DNA of 64,000 nucleotides, taken from NCBI GenBank assembly GCA_041675205.1, contig JBAYUF010000005.1:6159-70158 (forward strand), given 5' to 3'. Of the stretch, positions 1 to 10,389 are shown piece after piece. The translations under genes and the position numbers were made by a program. Below the pieces are notes generated by a model. It searched no databases and was not told where the DNA came from. It was given only the letters and a program-made list of their open reading frames with translations. Source of the DNA: Patescibacteria group bacterium. GTDB lineage: Bacteria > Patescibacteriota > Patescibacteriia > GWA2-46-9. Position 1 is the first letter of the stretch. Each line of letters starts with the position of its first letter.

Positions 1-5
1 AAAAT

Positions 6-446
6 ATGTCTATAACACTACACAGTTTAACGGGTCAGCCTCGCCGTTCACGGCGCCGAATTGGTCGTGGAAATGCCTCGGGTCGAGGAACAACTGCGGG
101 CAAAGGTACCAAAGGGCAGCGGGCGCGAACGGGCGGTAGCCGCGGTATTGCTCGACGGGCGATGCAGCAGTACTTCCGTCGCATTCCGAAGCGGGGTGGT
201 TTCACGGTTGATCGTCAGGCCGTGGCTATCGTAAAGCTTGGCGACATGAACACCGCCTTTGCAACTGGTGCAACGGTGACGCCTGCCGTACTCGTGAAAA
301 AAGGTATGGCGCCGAGTGGAGCAATCATTAAGATATTGAATACCGGGGTCATTACCCGTGCGGTCACCGTTAAGGGGTGTCGCGTGTCGGCTACCGCTGC
401 CGCAGCTATAACGGCTGCCGGTGGTACGGTTGTCGCTAAAAAATAA
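6..446 (+). CDS. rplO: 50S ribosomal protein L15
   Basis: Gly/Arg-rich N-terminus ([23 protein letters not shown]) typical of L15; directly upstream of secY as in the spc operon. Confidence 0.9.
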   Translation: MSITLHSLTGQPRRSRRRIGRGNASGRGTTAGKGTKGQRARTGGSRGIARRAMQQYFRRIPKRGGFTVDRQAVAIVKLGDMNTAFATGATVTPAVLVKKGMAPSGAIIKILNTGVITRAVTVKGCRVSATAAAAITAAGGTVVAKK

Positions 447-450
447 GCCG

Positions 451-1764
451 ATGGGTGTAATGAACGTGCTTCGGCAAATTTGGCAGGCGAAAGATTTGCG
501 CCGCAGTCTTATGATTGTGGTGGGAATGCTAGCTATTTTCCGCGTTCTTGCACACATTCCTTTGCCTGGTGTCGATCAAGAGAATTTGCGGGCGCTTTTT
601 GCCGGCAACCAGCTCCTGGGGTTTGTGAACATTTTTTCTGGTGGTGGTCTTGAGAATTTTTCTATCGTTGCTTTGGGTGTTGCGCCGTATATTACCGCCT
701 CCATCATTTTCCAGCTTTTGGCTATGGCGGTGCCGAGTCTTGAAGAGCTTTCCAAAGAGGGTGACTATGGTCGGCAAAAGATTAACCAGTACACACGCTA
801 CGCTACGGTTCCATTGGCCGCACTGCAAGGCATTGGTATTATCACCCTACTCCGTCAATCGCCAGCCTTGGGTGTACCGGTGTTGCCGGCTATCATGACC
901 CCATTTGTGTATGGGTCGCTCATCATCACCATGATTGGTGGTTCGATGTTACTCATGTGGATTGGGGAACTCATAACTGAGCGAAAAATAGGTAATGGTA
1001 TTTCGCTTCTTATCTTTGCTGGTATTGTTTCACAGTTACCATCGACCGTTATCAATACCTGGCAATTGTTACGGAGCCCAGGCGGCGGCATTGATACGGC
1101 ACAATTAATGCAAATTGGCGTCTTCTTAGCCATTGCCGTAATAACTATTTATGGGGTGGTGTATGTAACGGAAGCGCAGCGGAATGTTCCGGTGTCGTAC
1201 GCCAAGCGCGTTCGCGGGAGTAGAATGTTTGGCGGCGTTGATACGCATTTACCACTGCGGGTTAACCAAGCTGGCGTTATCCCAATTATTTTTGCCATTT
1301 CAATTTTACTATTTCCACCATTAGCCGCCCAGTTTTTTGCTGGTGCCACCACGCCATGGCTCGCAAATATGGCTAATGGCATCACGCGCCTTTTCCAGAA
1401 TCAAACGTTTTACGCCGCTAGTTATTTTGTGCTTGTTTTCATTTTCACCTACTTCTATACCGCAGTCATTTTTCAGCCAATACAAATTGCGGAGAATCTT
1501 CAGAAGCAGGGCGGTTTTATCCCTGGTATTCGTCCCGGACGACCGACGGCTGAGTATCTTGGGTACGTTATAAATAGAATTATTTTTGCGGGAGCTCTCT
1601 TCCTTGGAACCATCGCCGTTTTGCCACTGGTGATGCAGCAGACCACCGGTATTACAACGCTCGCGATTGGCGGAACGTCGCTCCTCATCGTTGTTTCGGT
1701 GGTGATTGAAACAGTGCAGCAAATCAAAGCGCAGCTTGTCATGCGCGATTACGAAAGCTTTTAG
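451..1764 (+). CDS. secY: preprotein translocase subunit SecY
   Basis: 10-TM protein with the [11 protein letters not shown] signature. ATG at 451 follows the L15 stop at 444-446; the track ORF start at 421 overlaps rplO. Confidence 0.9.
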   Translation: MGVMNVLRQIWQAKDLRRSLMIVVGMLAIFRVLAHIPLPGVDQENLRALFAGNQLLGFVNIFSGGGLENFSIVALGVAPYITASIIFQLLAMAVPSLEELSKEGDYGRQKINQYTRYATVPLAALQGIGIITLLRQSPALGVPVLPAIMTPFVYGSLIITMIGGSMLLMWIGELITERKIGNGISLLIFAGIVSQLPSTVINTWQLLRSPGGGIDTAQLMQIGVFLAIAVITIYGVVYVTEAQRNVPVSYAKRVRGSRMFGGVDTHLPLRVNQAGVIPIIFAISILLFPPLAAQFFAGATTPWLANMANGITRLFQNQTFYAASYFVLVFIFTYFYTAVIFQPIQIAENLQKQGGFIPGIRPGRPTAEYLGYVINRIIFAGALFLGTIAVLPLVMQQTTGITTLAIGGTSLLIVVSVVIETVQQIKAQLVMRDYESF

Positions 1765-1826
1765 ATTGCACGCGCTCTGGTTTACTGCGGAAGTTGCTTG
1801 CCTGCGTCGTGCTATACTGCACTGAT

Positions 1827-2480
1827 ATGATGACGTCCGGTAGACACCGCTATGTATTATTAGGGCCACAGGGTTCCGGCAAGGGGACGCAGGGTGCGTT
1901 GCTCTCTCAAGAAATTGGCGTAGAGCATATTTCAACTGGTATTCTTTTTCGTTCTGCTATTGCTGACCGAACTGCGTTAGGCGTAGAAATTGCGGAAACA
2001 ATGGCGCGTGGCGATTTGATTTCAGACGAGACGGTCAACAGACTCATCGCCGGCGCTTTTGCGAAGCAGTCGAGTGCTCCGTCGTATATTTTAGATGGGT
2101 ATCCACGGACGCTTCCGCAATTGGCATATCTTGAGAAGCTAGCCGCACCGCGATTGGCACTGCTGTTTACGCTTACCGATGAAGAAGCGGTGAACCGTTT
2201 GGCGGGTCGGTTAGTTTGCACGCAGTGCGAAGCGATTTATCATATTAGTCGTCGGCCGCCGAAGAGTAATGGCGTGTGCGATCAATGTGGAGGGGTAATT
2301 GCCGCCAGAAGTGACGATACGCCTGAAGCTATTCGACGGCGCTTGAAGCAGTACCACGACGAAACAGAGCCGTTACTTACTGAGTACGAACGAGCCGGTA
2401 AACTCATACGCATTGATGGGCGACCTGACGCAGACACCGTCTACGTTGAGGTTCGACGTGTGCTTGGCCTTTTACAATAG
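1827..2480 (+). CDS. adk: adenylate kinase
   Basis: P-loop LLGPQGSGKGTQ and a zinc-lid CTQC...CDQC. Start placed at the internal Met just before the P-loop. Confidence 0.85.
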   Translation: MMTSGRHRYVLLGPQGSGKGTQGALLSQEIGVEHISTGILFRSAIADRTALGVEIAETMARGDLISDETVNRLIAGAFAKQSSAPSYILDGYPRTLPQLAYLEKLAAPRLALLFTLTDEEAVNRLAGRLVCTQCEAIYHISRRPPKSNGVCDQCGGVIAARSDDTPEAIRRRLKQYHDETEPLLTEYERAGKLIRIDGRPDADTVYVEVRRVLGLLQ

Positions 2481-3264
2481 TGTGGCGCGCTACACCTCAG
2501 CGGAAATTACAATCATTCGTGAGTGCGGCCGCTTGCTTGCACAAATTTTACATGAGGTAATAGCGCAGGTGCGGCCAGGTGTTCAGACTGCGGCGCTTGA
2601 TGCGTTAGCTCGGGAACGTATGCAAGCAGTCGGTGGGGTGCCATCGTTTCTTGGGTATACTGCTGGTGGTTCTGTTCCATTTCCTTCAACGCTCTGTGTG
2701 TCTATAAATGGTGAGGTTGTTCATGGCCCTGCGTTACCATCACGAGAACTGCATGACGGCGACATCGTTGGTCTTGATATTGGTATGCGCTACCCAGCCA
2801 AGGGGGGATTCTGTACGGATATGGCAATGACCGTTCCCGTTGGACGCGTGAGTGAAGCAGACAGACGATTACTGGAAGTAACGCGTGAGGCATTGCAGCT
2901 TGGCGTGGCGGCTGCTTTACCGGGCGCTACTGTTGGCGATATTAGTCGCGCCATTGAGAAGCGGGTGAAAGCAGCTGGGTATGGAATCGTTCGCGAGCTT
3001 GTTGGTCATGGCGTTGGTCGTCAGGTCCATGAAGCCCCCGAGGTGCCGAATTTTTTTGTGCGCGGACCAATTGCGGCGACGGTATTGCAACCCGGCCTGG
3101 TTATTGCCATTGAACCAATGGTGAATGCTGGCAGTGCTGCTATTCGGACGCTGAAAGACAATTGGACCATCGCAACGCGTGACGGTTCTCGGGCGGCGCA
3201 TTTCGAGCAAACTATCGTGATTGCTGAGCATGGTCCGGCTGAAATTTTGACCCCTTTCCTGTGA
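2481..3264 (+). CDS. map: methionine aminopeptidase type I
   Basis: MAP pita-bread fold motifs (HGVGRQVHEAP, metal ligands D/D/H/E/E). Probable GTG start at 2481 right after the adk stop; an alternative ATG at 2413 would overlap adk. Confidence 0.8.
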
Positions 3265-3665
3265 CCGTCATTGCTATTGATTTTGGTGAGCGCTGGCTGG
3301 GGGTAGCCGTTGGTAGAGATGAGCCTAAAGTTTCAATGCCACTTTTTACCATTGACAGAAACAGTGAGCCTGATGCAGTTGCTCGGTTGCGAGCTGCAGC
3401 AGTGAACGAAGGTGCTGATGCAATTGTCATTGGTGCTCCAAACCCATTGCGTGCAGAACCCGGTGTTGCTGCCTCAGCCATAACACAAGCGGTTAGCGTT
3501 TTTGCTGCCTCGCTACGTGAGGCAATGCCCTACACTATCGAATTTATGGACGAGCGGTTTACCTCGAACGCGGCTGCAGTGCTTCGTCGAGATTTCCCAA
3601 CCGCTGATGAGCATGCTTTGGCGGCTATGCTCATCGCTGATAATTATTTGGGTCACCGCGCATGA
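3261..3665 (+). CDS. ruvX: Holliday junction resolvase-like protein RuvX/YqgF
   Basis: N-terminal IAIDFGERWLGVAV motif, about 134 aa. GTG start overlaps the map stop. Confidence 0.75.
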   Translation: MTVIAIDFGERWLGVAVGRDEPKVSMPLFTIDRNSEPDAVARLRAAAVNEGADAIVIGAPNPLRAEPGVAASAITQAVSVFAASLREAMPYTIEFMDERFTSNAAAVLRRDFPTADEHALAAMLIADNYLGHRA

Positions 3666-4444
3666 GCGCGTACTTGCGAACCCGTGCCGTCGTTCTGCGG
3701 CATGAGCAACCCAGAAACGCTGATGTTCGAATTCTGTTTCTGTCCGCCGCGCACGGTAAGGTAGATGCGGTTGCCCGTGGATTGCACTTACAAAAAAGTA
3801 AGCTGGCGGCGTCGCTGCAACCGTTTACGGTTATCGAAGCGTCATTTGTGCAAGGCCGGCAGCGGCGAATAGTAACTGGTTCGATCCCGGAACGACTGCA
3901 GGTGATTATTCGACAAGATCCAGCTCGGGCATTTTCGGCCGGACTCATCGTTCGTTTAGCGGATTTGATGTTGCCGATAGAGCAACCTGATGCTGCTACT
4001 TTTGAGCTAACGGTCGATGCGCTCGAGGCGCTTGATCGTCCCAAGGTCTCACCACAAGGTTTAAATATCCTGCCCTATGCCTATGCCTGGAAATTATTCA
4101 GTCGGGTAGGGTATTTACCTGATCTTGCTACTTGTCGGGTGTGTGGCCAAGCATTCGCTACGCAATCGTTGTTCCTTGATGCTCGTGGTGGCGGCGTTAT
4201 ACACCAGACGTGCGCAGCCAATGGGTTTATCGCTATGCCGATAAACGCCAGTATTATTCGGGCGCTTCTGCTACTCACGCAAGCGCCATTAGCTGAAGCC
4301 GTTCGAGCGCGTATGAGTACATCATTGCAAGACGCGATTATGCTGGTAACGAGAAGTCTCATGGAAGAGCGGTATGACGTGCCTATGCATGGCTCATTTT
4401 GGACTACGCTTTCGTTTGTCCGCCAGCCTGTCCACGAGACCTAA
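3662..4444 (+). CDS. recO: DNA repair protein RecO
   Basis: N-terminal OB-fold region plus a CRVCG...HQTC zinc-binding segment. ATGA overlap with ruvX. Confidence 0.7.
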   Translation: MSAYLRTRAVVLRHEQPRNADVRILFLSAAHGKVDAVARGLHLQKSKLAASLQPFTVIEASFVQGRQRRIVTGSIPERLQVIIRQDPARAFSAGLIVRLADLMLPIEQPDAATFELTVDALEALDRPKVSPQGLNILPYAYAWKLFSRVGYLPDLATCRVCGQAFATQSLFLDARGGGVIHQTCAANGFIAMPINASIIRALLLLTQAPLAEAVRARMSTSLQDAIMLVTRSLMEERYDVPMHGSFWTTLSFVRQPVHET

Positions 4445-4464
4445 TTTCTTGTATACTCAGGTCT

Positions 4465-5868
4465 ATGCTGAGAACACATACTGTTGCCGAACTTATTACT
4501 TTGCCAGCTGGAACAACCGTAACGGTGGCTGGTTGGGTACATCGTCGACGCGATCATGGCCCCATTCTTTTCGTAGACCTACGCAATCGAACGGATGTTG
4601 TTCAAGTCGTTGTTCGGTTGAAAGATTTTAGTGCTGAAGTACAAGAACAAATTAAGGACGGGCTCCGATCAGAATCAGTTGTGGCAATCACTGGTACCGT
4701 CACCGCTCGTCGACCAGGAACGGAAAATGCTGAGCTCTTAACGGGTAACATTGAACTTGTCGCAACCACAGTGACGGTCCTCAATCGTTCCGAGACGCCA
4801 CCATTTGTCATTGACGACCCGGCGCTCGTTGCAGGTGAAGAAGTGCGCTTAACCTATCGGTATCTTGATTTACGTCGTCAGAAGCCGCTTAGCAATATGC
4901 TACTTCGCAACAGTGTTATTCAAGCCATGCGACAGTATCTCTTAGAGCGAGATTTTATTGAAATAGAGACACCAGTCTTAAGCAAATCAACGCCAGAAGG
5001 AGCGCGAGATTATTTGGTGCCAGACCGTCGTCGGCCGGGTCAATTTTACGCCCTACCACAGTCGCCACAGCAGTATAAGCAGCTCTTGATGGTGGCCGGT
5101 CTGGAACGCTATTTCCAAATAGTGCGTTGTTTCCGTGATGAAGATACGCGAGGCGATAGGCAGCCAGAATTCACGCAATTAGATATTGAGATGAGTTTTG
5201 TTGAGCAGGAAGACTTGTTGCAGCTCATTGAGGCGCTCTACATTCATTTGGTAAAAACGTGCACACCAGAAAAAAAGATTCAAGAAATTCCGTTTCCTCG
5301 GCTCACCTACAAAGAGGCCATGGAAAAATATGGAAACGACAAACCAGATTTGCGAAAAGATAAAGATGATCCAACTGTTTTGGCGTTCTGTTTTATTCTG
5401 GATTTTCCAATGTTTGAACGCAAAGACGATGGAACACTGGGCGCCGTGCATCACCCGTTCACGAAGCCGCGGGTGGCGAACGCCGAAGCATTGCGAGCTG
5501 CTGAGCCAACATCCATTCTGGCCGATCAGTACGACTTCGTGTTGAACGGCTATGAGATCGGTGGCGGAAGCATTCGAACGCACGACCCTGAGTTGCTCGC
5601 CGCTGTGTTTGAAGTCTTAGGGCATCCACCAGAGGATGTTGAGCGACAGTTTGGGCATCTCCTGCGGGCCTTCCGCTATGGCGTTCCGCCACACGGCGGT
5701 ATTGCGCCAGGTATAGACCGATTCATAATGCTCTTGGCAAATGAACCAAACATTCGTGAAGTCATCGCGTTTCCAAAAACGGGTGATGGACGAGACCTCA
5801 TGATGGATGCACCAAGTCTTGTTTCAGATGAACAGATGAAGGAACTGCATCTTTCCGTTCGGAAGTAG
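4465..5868 (+). CDS. aspS: aspartate--tRNA ligase (compact form, no large GAD insertion)
   Basis: Class II aaRS motifs (FYALPQSPQQYKQLLM, RCFRDED, GGGSIR) and a bacterial-type HHPFT motif. Starts at the internal Met; the track ORF begins 66 nt earlier. Confidence 0.85.
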   Translation: MLRTHTVAELITLPAGTTVTVAGWVHRRRDHGPILFVDLRNRTDVVQVVVRLKDFSAEVQEQIKDGLRSESVVAITGTVTARRPGTENAELLTGNIELVATTVTVLNRSETPPFVIDDPALVAGEEVRLTYRYLDLRRQKPLSNMLLRNSVIQAMRQYLLERDFIEIETPVLSKSTPEGARDYLVPDRRRPGQFYALPQSPQQYKQLLMVAGLERYFQIVRCFRDEDTRGDRQPEFTQLDIEMSFVEQEDLLQLIEALYIHLVKTCTPEKKIQEIPFPRLTYKEAMEKYGNDKPDLRKDKDDPTVLAFCFILDFPMFERKDDGTLGAVHHPFTKPRVANAEALRAAEPTSILADQYDFVLNGYEIGGGSIRTHDPELLAAVFEVLGHPPEDVERQFGHLLRAFRYGVPPHGGIAPGIDRFIMLLANEPNIREVIAFPKTGDGRDLMMDAPSLVSDEQMKELHLSVRK

Positions 5869-5886
5869 GGTTGTTCGTCAGCGTTT

Positions 5887-6606
5887 TTGATGATGTATTC
5901 GGTAACGTTAGAACGGTTTGAAGGACCGTTAGATTTGCTTTTGAAGCTCATCGAGAAAGAAGAGCTACTCGTTACCGATATCTCGCTCGCCAAAGTTACT
6001 GAGCAGTATTTAGCCTACATTGATAACACGCCGACGCTGCGGGCTGATGATCTGGCCGATTTTTTGGTAATTGCCGCACGACTACTGCTCATTAAATCTC
6101 GTGTACTTTTGCCACACCTTTTCATGGCTGATGAAGAGGCCGTGACTGATACGCTAACAGAAGAGCTAGCGCGGTATCGACTGTATGTCTCCGCCGGGAC
6201 CTTGTTGTATCGACAGTATCGGGCGAACCAAGTCTGCTTTGTGCGTGAGCGCATGGCCAGAGTGACTGTGGCGAGCTTCAGCCCCGCGTCTAACGCTGGT
6301 TTAGAGTACCTGGAGCAAGCATACGTAGGGATTCTCGCCGAAATTGGTAGGTTGGTGCGTCCGAAGCCGGAGCTCATAACACGAACAATCAGTCTTCAAG
6401 AGCGGATTACCGTATTGCGTACGCTGTTTTCAAACGCAAATAGTGTAGACTTTAGACAGGCGCTGGCGAATACAAAAACAAGAACCGAAGTCATTGTTAC
6501 CTTTCTGGCCCTTCTCGAATTAGTGAAGCAGCGACACGTTGTCGTTGCACAAGAAGAGGGGACTGATATTATTCGTATAACTCGCTATGACAACAGCACC
6601 ACTTAA
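5887..6606 (+). CDS. scpA: segregation and condensation protein A
   Basis: N-terminal FEGPLDLLLKLIEKEEL kleisin motif. Confidence 0.8.
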   Translation: MMMYSVTLERFEGPLDLLLKLIEKEELLVTDISLAKVTEQYLAYIDNTPTLRADDLADFLVIAARLLLIKSRVLLPHLFMADEEAVTDTLTEELARYRLYVSAGTLLYRQYRANQVCFVRERMARVTVASFSPASNAGLEYLEQAYVGILAEIGRLVRPKPELITRTISLQERITVLRTLFSNANSVDFRQALANTKTRTEVIVTFLALLELVKQRHVVVAQEEGTDIIRITRYDNSTT

Positions 6607-7171
6607 ATCACAACTCGAGGCAATATTGTTCGTGGCCACTCGGCCGCTTTCAATTGATAAGTTGGCTGGTATCGTACATGCTGAAGCGGCAGCCGTTGAA
6701 ACAGCGCTCGGCGAATTGGCGGCAGAGTACGACGAACGGGTGGTGCACGCTGGTGGCGTCCAGCTGCTGCGACACGCTGGTGAAGTGCAGTTGGTCACCA
6801 GCAGTGCCGTGAGTGACGTCGTAAGAGAATTTTTAAAAGCGGAAACCACTGGCGAGCTAACGAAGCCGGCCGTGGAAACCTTGTCTATCATTGCCTACCG
6901 TGGGCCAGTAACGAAAAGTGATTTAGAAAAAATAAGAGGGGTAAATTGTACGTTGATATTGCGCAACCTCATGATGCGCGGACTAGTTATCGTTGAGGAG
7001 GATAAAAAGAAAATGCTGCTCTACTACACAGTGTCGAGTGATTTCATTCGACATTTAGGTTTAACGTCAATTCAGCAACTGCCACAGTACGAAACGCTCC
7101 ATCGTCCTGAGGTTGTCGATCAGCTTTTAGCTGAGCGGACCGATGAAATACGAACCACTGTCACTGAGTGA
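6587..7171 (+). CDS. scpB: segregation and condensation protein B
   Basis: LEAILFVATRPLSIDKLA winged-helix motif. Overlaps scpA as in scpAB operons. Confidence 0.8.
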   Translation: MTTAPLKSQLEAILFVATRPLSIDKLAGIVHAEAAAVETALGELAAEYDERVVHAGGVQLLRHAGEVQLVTSSAVSDVVREFLKAETTGELTKPAVETLSIIAYRGPVTKSDLEKIRGVNCTLILRNLMMRGLVIVEEDKKKMLLYYTVSSDFIRHLGLTSIQQLPQYETLHRPEVVDQLLAERTDEIRTTVTE

Positions 7172-8132
7172 TTCTCGGGTGGCGCTCGTTGTCGCGCTGG
7201 TGGTGCTTGCCGTGCTAGCGAATGCGTTGCTTTTCGTTGGCTCTTTTCCTGGTGTCCGTGTGTCTGCGGCTACAACAGCAACGTTACCAGTACAGCGAGA
7301 CGTATACCGACCGACTGTGCCGGGAGCGCTACTGTCCGAGGTAACAGCCATGAACGTCTATATGAGTAGTGAAGGGTCGTCACCCTTGCCGCTCATGAAA
7401 TATCATGCCGATGACCCGGTACCGTTGGCCAGTCTTACAAAGCTCATGACCGCGCTTATTGCCTTGACGTATAATCCGGCCTGGGACGAGTCGGTTACCA
7501 TTCTGGCAGAAGATAGGCGACCGGGTGCGCGGCAACGCTTGCATCCTGGTGACACGGTTACTGTGGCAGATCTTTGGAAGTTATTACTCATCGCCTCAGA
7601 CAATGATGCCGCTGCGGCGCTTGCACGAAGCTTGGCTGGGAGCGAGAGCGCGTTTGTTAATGCCATGAACGCTTTGGCGAACTCGTGGTCATTGTCAGCC
7701 GTTACGTTTGCTGATGCCAGTGGCCTGAGTGATGGGAATCGAGCATCAGCCCGAGACTTTGCGGTAATTGCTCGCAAGGCTTTTTCGGAAGAGCGCATCG
7801 TTACCGCAGCAAGTGTGACCGACAGCACAGTGTTTATCGGTGGTGAAGCTGAACGCATTTTTAATACCGATCAAGTACTGCAAGATAATGCAGAAACAGC
7901 CACCTACGGCTGGACGCTCACGGCGGGCAAAACAGGGCACACTGAGGAAGCTGGTTATAACATAGCGCTATTAGCTGGAAATGAAACAGGGGAAGCGGCG
8001 CTCATGGTTTTACTTGGCGGAAAAACAGCAACAGATCGTGCCGAGGACGTACTCCGTTTAGTACCCTGGGCACTTACCACGACAAAAAATTTGCCAACTG
8101 GTGAACGACACGATGAACGTCTGCTATACTAA
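7143..8132 (+). CDS. D-alanyl-D-alanine carboxypeptidase (serine-type, PBP5/6-like)
   Basis: Signal/TM N-terminus; SxxK (ASLTK), SxN (SDN) and KTG (KTGHT) motifs. Confidence 0.75.
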   Translation: MKYEPLSLSDSRVALVVALVVLAVLANALLFVGSFPGVRVSAATTATLPVQRDVYRPTVPGALLSEVTAMNVYMSSEGSSPLPLMKYHADDPVPLASLTKLMTALIALTYNPAWDESVTILAEDRRPGARQRLHPGDTVTVADLWKLLLIASDNDAAAALARSLAGSESAFVNAMNALANSWSLSAVTFADASGLSDGNRASARDFAVIARKAFSEERIVTAASVTDSTVFIGGEAERIFNTDQVLQDNAETATYGWTLTAGKTGHTEEAGYNIALLAGNETGEAALMVLLGGKTATDRAEDVLRLVPWALTTTKNLPTGERHDERLLY

Positions 8133-8137
8133 TTGCT

Positions 8138-8860
8138 ATGAAGATGCCGATAGTTGTCGCCAATTGGAAAATGTATTTGAACGTACCTGAAAGTGTTGCC
8201 TTGGCTCAGAAACTGGTGCGGGCACCGCGTCTGCCTGTTACGGTCGTCGTTTGCCCGAGCGCTATAAGTATCTCAGCCGTGGCTGATATTCTGCGGGGTA
8301 GCGCTACCAGCCTTGGTGCGCAGTTGGTTAACACAGCGGTACGCGGTGCGCATACGGGGGGTGTATCGGCGGCAGATTATGCTTCTCTTGGTGCCACCTA
8401 TGCCATTGTTGGCCATTCAGAGGTACGTCGACGAGAGGGAACTGATGTGCATGCTTTGCGTGAGCAGTGCCTAACAGCACTCGCCAATGGCTTGACGCCC
8501 ATACTATGCATTGGGGAGACGCTGGAGCAGCACAATGAAGCAAGCTCGATACTGCGTGAACAATATACACAAGTAGTTGGTTCAGGACTCCCTGGTTCTT
8601 TTTTGGTTGCGTATGAGCCACTATGGGCAATCAGCGCCACGTCCGGCGCGCATCCGCTGTTAATTGAAGACGTTGCCGAGTCTAGTGCACTGCTTCGGTC
8701 GTTTATTGATGACGCGGTGCCTGTTTTGTATGGCGGCAGCGTGGACCAAACAAATGCGGCAGGGTTCATCGGCGCACATGGTTTTGATGGTGTACTCGTT
8801 GGTGCGGCGAGTACCGAGGCGGTTTCATTTCAAAATATTATTGCTCAAGTAGCTCGTTAA
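8138..8860 (+). CDS. tpiA: triosephosphate isomerase
   Basis: ANWKM N-terminus; catalytic loop AYEPLWAIS/GT; about 240 aa. Confidence 0.9.
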   Translation: MKMPIVVANWKMYLNVPESVALAQKLVRAPRLPVTVVVCPSAISISAVADILRGSATSLGAQLVNTAVRGAHTGGVSAADYASLGATYAIVGHSEVRRREGTDVHALREQCLTALANGLTPILCIGETLEQHNEASSILREQYTQVVGSGLPGSFLVAYEPLWAISATSGAHPLLIEDVAESSALLRSFIDDAVPVLYGGSVDQTNAAGFIGAHGFDGVLVGAASTEAVSFQNIIAQVAR

Positions 8861-8862
8861 GT

Positions 8863-9774
8863 ATGCTGTACGACGTTTTACCCATCCTCGTTCTCTTCGG
8901 TGCTATTGTTGGTTTTGTGATAACGGTTGGCAGACGGTGGTCGGATATACGCTTAATGAAGATTGAACATCTTCCTGAAGTTATTACAGCTACGAAGAAG
9001 CGACAGTTATTGCTTCGTGGTTTGCAACGTCGTTTACGCGAGCGAACAGGGCACCTTTGGCAGCGCACTGCGGCGCTTCGCGCTGAAACGGGGGAACGTC
9101 TTGGTGACTTCTATGAACGGCTTCTCGAATTAGATCGCCGGTATCGACATGCGAATCCTTCATCCGCCGCAGATGTCTCAACGACCGATATTGCCTCGCT
9201 TTTAGCTGTTGCAAAGAACGCCGAACAGACAGGTAACAAAGAAGAAGCGGAACGCACGTACCTCGATATCATTACGCATGACCATCGCAACACGGAAGCC
9301 TACCGAGGTCTTGGCCGTATTTACTGGAACGCCGGAAACCGCGAAGAAGCTGCGCAGTCGTTCGAATATGCGCTGCGGCTTGATCCACGTGACGCCGAAA
9401 CGTATGCATTGCTCGCCGCAGTGAGCGTGGAGCTAGGTGCCTTGGCGCGAGGTTGTAGTGCCTATGAGCAAGCCGTCTCCTTTGAGCCCGATCATGTGCC
9501 GTATCGTATTGGTCTCGGTGACACGCTTGTCAGTATGGAAGACTTCCCAAGTGCCATTGCAACATTTGAAGCGGCGGTGGCGTTGGAGCCGTCAAATCCT
9601 CGTTGCCTTGACCGACTCATCGATGTTTGTATACTTGGGGGTAATAAGCGGCTTGCGACTAGCACTTTACGGCACTTAGCCACGGTTAATCCTGACAATA
9701 ATAAGCTTCAGGAGTTCGAGGATCGTATAAAAGCGATGCCTCGAAAACGCCGGACGACTGAGCCGTCGAGCTAG
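8863..9774 (+). CDS. TPR-repeat protein with N-terminal membrane anchor
   Basis: Hydrophobic N-terminus followed by repeated TPR-like helices (AYRGLGRIYWNAGNREEAAQSFEYALRLDP...). Confidence 0.6.
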   Translation: MLYDVLPILVLFGAIVGFVITVGRRWSDIRLMKIEHLPEVITATKKRQLLLRGLQRRLRERTGHLWQRTAALRAETGERLGDFYERLLELDRRYRHANPSSAADVSTTDIASLLAVAKNAEQTGNKEEAERTYLDIITHDHRNTEAYRGLGRIYWNAGNREEAAQSFEYALRLDPRDAETYALLAAVSVELGALARGCSAYEQAVSFEPDHVPYRIGLGDTLVSMEDFPSAIATFEAAVALEPSNPRCLDRLIDVCILGGNKRLATSTLRHLATVNPDNNKLQEFEDRIKAMPRKRRTTEPSS

Positions 9775-9804
9775 ACCAAACAAGCTGTTTTTTACGTCTT
9801 TGTA

Positions 9805-9880
9805 GGCCCACTTAGCTCAGTTGGTAGAGCATCTCCATGGTAAGGAGAAGGTCCGCAGTTCGAATCTGCGAGTGGGCTCC
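9805..9880 (+). tRNA. tRNA-Thr (anticodon GGU)
   Basis: Hand-folded cloverleaf: acceptor GGCCCAC/GTGGGCT, D-arm GCTCAGTTGGTAGAGC, anticodon stem TCTCC/GGAGA with loop ATGGTAA, T-arm GGTCCGCAGTTCGAATCTGCG. Confidence 0.8.
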
Positions 9881-9991
9881 ATTCGACTCGGTTTGCCTAT
9901 GGCAAACCTCGCTCATGGCAAGCCATCTATATTGAGTCGAATGTCCTGAGCGACTGTAAGGAGTCGAAGGGCGAGTGATAAGTTTTAGTCT

Positions 9992-10078
9992 GGGTGGTTA
10001 CCGAAGTAGTCAAACGGACCTGACTGTAAATCAGGTGGCCCTGTGCCTTCGAAGGTGCAAATCCTTCACCACCCACCA
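9992..10078 (+). tRNA. tRNA-Tyr (anticodon GUA), long variable arm, CCA encoded
   Basis: Acceptor GGGTGGT/ACCACCC, anticodon loop CTGTAAA, extended variable arm, T-loop TTCGAAG. Confidence 0.8.
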
Positions 10079-10214
10079 GCCTTCGCTCAAGCTTCGGCTG
10101 GCGTGCCAGCCATAGTTTCAACGACGGTTGGCGGCCAGACGATATAGTAAAGCGGCTGTTCGCCGTAGTTTTAACGAAGGAGAACAAATTGTCAGTTGCC
10201 ATAAGTAAATATAC

Positions 10215-10290
10215 GCCGCCTTAGCTCAGCTGGTAGAGCAACACTTTTGTAAAGTGAAGGTCCCCGGTTCGAGTCCGGGAGGCGGCTCCA
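10215..10290 (+). tRNA. tRNA-Thr (anticodon UGU), CCA encoded
   Basis: Acceptor GCCGCCT/AGGCGGC, anticodon loop TTTGTAA, T-arm CCCGGTTCGAGTCCGGG. Confidence 0.8.
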
Positions 10291-10389
10291 ATAGCGTACA
10301 TTTTGATTTATCAAAATGTTTGCAACGTCAGTAGTCCCGCCAGCGGGCGGGGCTCCAGTAGTGTATAAAACAGGATTAACTACTAAAAA

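Noticed and set aside
48-1133. Minus-strand ORFs (48-557, 529-828, 855-1133) antisense to rplO and secY
   Set aside because: They lie entirely inside well-supported plus-strand core genes and have Arg/Ser-rich translations typical of antisense frames of GC-balanced genes.
2413-2480. The ATG at 2413 as the map start, giving a 68-nt overlap with adk
   Set aside because: A GTG at 2481 immediately after the adk stop gives a conventional MAP N-terminus and avoids a long overlap. The choice remains uncertain.
9927-10202. 91-aa minus-strand ORF spanning the tRNA-Tyr region
   Set aside because: It overlaps a confidently folded tRNA and the structured spacers, with no coding signal.
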